From an uncultured delta proteobacterium (GTDB lineage Bacteria > Myxococcota > Myxococcia > Myxococcales > Myxococcaceae): a stretch of DNA of 64,000 bases. Position 1 is the stretch's first letter, and each line of letters starts with the position of its first letter. A model generated the notes under the pieces. It saw only the letters and a list, made by a program, of their open reading frames with translations. It was not told the origin of the DNA and did no database searches. Of this stretch, positions 61,539 through 64,000 are shown one piece after another. Both the position numbers and the translations under genes were made by a program. The stretch lies in contig CAVYSY010000028.1 of the NCBI GenBank assembly GCA_963771175.1, positions 1 to 64,000 on the forward strand, written 5' to 3'.

Positions 61539-61563
61539 AACTGCTCCGACAGTCGGACCAGTT
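61539..61563. repeat. Second TCCGAC-A-GTCGGA palindrome copy
   Basis: aactgctccgac-a-gtcggaccagtt (one mismatch between arms). Confidence 0.8.
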
Positions 61564-61707
61564 CGTGAAGAACGCGCCCGGGAGGGCCGGGGGTCGCGGC
61601 TGGCGTGGGCGGTGCGGACGCACTGGCACGGGGCAGCGCCCCTGAAGGCACTTCCTCCGGATGGCAGGCGAGCCGCGTAGGATGGGCGCCGTGACGGAGA
61701 GGATGGA

Positions 61708-62445
61708 ATGAGCGAGCGCAAGGGGCGCGAGGCGTGGCCGCCGGAGCTGACCGAGCTGCTGCGCAAGGTGGACCGCCTGCGCCGGAGCGGGCGTTATGAG
61801 GAGGCGCTCTCGCGCATGCGCCAGCTCGCCGAGGCGCACCCCCGCCAGTTGCGCGTCCTGTTGGAGATGGGGCTGACGCTCGGCATCTGGGGCGGTGCCC
61901 CCGCCGAGGCCCTCCCCTGGTTCGAGCGCGCCCTGGAGATGGCACCGGGCCACGTCACCACGCAGCTCCACCGGGCCCTCGCGCTGGCCCGGCTGGGCCG
62001 TCACGCCGAGGCGGTGGCCGACTTCGACGCGCTCGAGGCCGCGGGCTTCCGCAAGGCGCTCGTCCTCCACATGAAGCGCGCCGAGTCCCTGGAGGCGCTC
62101 GGCCGGCACGCGGACGCCGAGCGCGACTGGACGCTCGCCCTCGCCGAGGACCCCGGCAATCCCTGGCTGCTCCACCAGCGGGCCTCGGCACGGGCCCGGT
62201 TGGGCCGGCGGGAGGAGGCGGTGAAGGACCTCACCGATGCGCTCGCCTCGCACGCCCAGCAGGGCGAGGAGGTGGACGCGGAGTTGCTGCGCGACCGGGG
62301 GGTGCTGCGCGAGCGGCTGGGTGACACGGCCGGCGCACGCGAGGACTTCGAGGCCGGGCTCTCCGCCGTGCGCGCGGGGGACCCGCCCGAGCTCGTGGAC
62401 GACCTGCGCCAGAGGTTGTCGGAGCTCATGCCCCGCGCGCCGTGA
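61708..62445 (+). CDS. Tetratricopeptide repeat protein
   Basis: Repeated RA..LA.LGR..EA..D helical pairs. Confidence 0.9.
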   Translation: MSERKGREAWPPELTELLRKVDRLRRSGRYEEALSRMRQLAEAHPRQLRVLLEMGLTLGIWGGAPAEALPWFERALEMAPGHVTTQLHRALALARLGRHAEAVADFDALEAAGFRKALVLHMKRAESLEALGRHADAERDWTLALAEDPGNPWLLHQRASARARLGRREEAVKDLTDALASHAQQGEEVDAELLRDRGVLRERLGDTAGAREDFEAGLSAVRAGDPPELVDDLRQRLSELMPRAP

Positions 62446-62476
62446 CGCCCCCTCCCCGACCGGACCCTCGTGGGAT

Positions 62477-63938
62477 ATGAGGGAGCGCGCCCCGATGTCT
62501 CCCACCGCCTCCTCGCGAATGCCGGGCCCCACCGCCTGGGCCGCGCTCTTCTTCCTCGGCCTCACCTCCGCCACCTGGTGGCCCCACTCCGACCTCGGAG
62601 ACTCGCAGCTCTACCAGGTCGTCTCCCGCCACATGGTCGAGGACGGAAGCTGGCTCGCCCTGCGCTACCTGCCGGACGTGCACGCGCGCTTCTTCGAGCA
62701 CCTGCCCTTCGGCTTCTGGCCCTTCGCCCTCGTCATCCGCCTCTTCGGCGAGGCCGCCCTGCGCCCCCTGTGCGCCGCCTTCTCCCTGGGCACCCTCCTG
62801 CTCACCGGCTCCGTCGCCCGCCGCGCCGCCGGTACCTGGGCCGGTGTCACCGCCATGCTGGTGCTCGCCCTCCCCGATGGGTTCTTCATCCGCGGCGGCC
62901 ATCCCTTCCTCGAGCCCCTCCTCCTCCTGCTCGCCACCGGCTCCGCCGTGCCCCTGTTGCTCGGCGTGCCGCGCCCGCGCGACTGGCTCGTCTGTGGGCT
63001 GCTCGCCGCCGCCGCCTGTGCCGTGAAGGGCCCTTTCGGGTTGTTGCCCTTCGCCGGAGCCGCCGTCGCCCGCGCCTTCGTCGAGCGCTCCTGGAAGGTG
63101 CTCATCGTCGGCACCCTCGTGGGCATCGCCGCCGCCGTGCCCACCGTGCTCTTCCTCGTCTTCAACGCGCAGTGGTGGGAGGGCTATGTCCGCCATCAGG
63201 TCCTCGCCTCCGCCACCGGTGAGCGCACCGACGGGCAGCTCTCCTGGTACATCCCCTTCCGCACCCTCGGCAGCCGCTTCTGGCCCGGGCTGCCGCTGCT
63301 CGCCGCGGGTGGGGTGCTCGCGCTCGGCCGGCCCGCTCGCGCCTTCCGCGCCCTCCTGCCCGAGGGCACCCGGGACGCGGCCGGAGTGCGCCGCTCCGCC
63401 CAGGTGCTCCTGCTCGCGAGCCTCTTCATCCTCACCGCGCTCTGCATCCCCGGGCGCAAGGTGTGGAACCACTCGCTCATCGCCTTCCCGCTGCTGGCCA
63501 TGCTCGTGGGCGTGGGGCTCGGCCCATGGCTGGAGGCCCGGCTCGCCTCCCCCACGCGAGAGCGCCGCGCCCGGCTCGGGCTGGCCGTGCTCGCACTCGT
63601 GGTGCTGGGCGCCTCCGCCGCCGGAGCGGGTCGACTGCTGTTTCCCCGGCCGTGCCCCGCCGCGGGCTCGCTCGCCCCGGCGCTCGCGGACGTGCCGCCC
63701 GGTGCCCATGTGTTGGTGGTGTCGCCGCGCCACGAGTGGACCACCGTGGCCGCGTTCGCCGTGGAGCGGCGCTGGTCTGCCGTGGCGCCTCACCGAGCTG
63801 GGCTCCGAGCGCGCCCCGGGTGGCCCCACCGAGGCCCGCGTGGCCTTCGTCGCGGACGGGGCTCCCGTGAGTGAGCCAGGCTGGCGCGAGGTGGGCCGGG
63901 ACGGTCGCTGGCGGCTGCTGCGCCGGCCTTCGCCCTGA
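62477..63938 (+). CDS. ArnT-like (GT-C) glycosyltransferase, frameshift near 63780
   Basis: DSQLY..VSRHMVEDGSW, FFEHLP, AVKGPFG, many TM segments; C-terminus continues in frame 63186..63938. Confidence 0.82.
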
Positions 63939-64000
63939 GCGCTCCCCAGCCAACACCGGGTGCACATTTCACGGTGGCGCGGGGGTGAAGCTGCTATCCC

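Overview
High-GC bacterial chromosome segment whose gene content points to a myxobacterium (inferred, Cystobacterineae-like: Dsg-type IF3 with ATC start, DUSAM and DUF3396 immunity genes, TPR Ser/Thr kinases, many lipoproteins). The backbone is mostly metabolic, secreted and envelope genes: a polysaccharide-modification trio, M28 and M14 peptidases, SGNH esterase, amidohydrolase, Kelch, beta-propeller and beta-helix lipoproteins, two convergent DEAD-box helicases, infC, methyltransferases and GT-C glycosyltransferases. Two lower-GC accessory patches stand out. Patch 1 (1-5.9 kb) holds a Zn-ribbon / DUF1883 / Ada-like Zn-finger trio divergent from a sigma-like / small partner / IrrE-type metallopeptidase triad, plus an AbiE-type type IV TA pair. 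Patch 2 (27.4-32.4 kb) holds an IS3 remnant, a minimal wHTH + nucleotidyltransferase pair, a Y1/RAYT-like transposase remnant, an orphan SGHY-motif protein and a secreted C-terminal Hint-domain protein. I saw ten copies of one ~20-30 bp REP-like motif (CCCTACGARTCGTYTGACACCTTC), all inside these two patches and mostly at cargo boundaries, which suggests REP-delimited cargo cassettes. Many genes carry single-base frameshifts, probably partly sequencing or assembly error. No rRNA, tRNA or CRISPR array was seen. Family assignments are from motif recognition by eye, not database searches.
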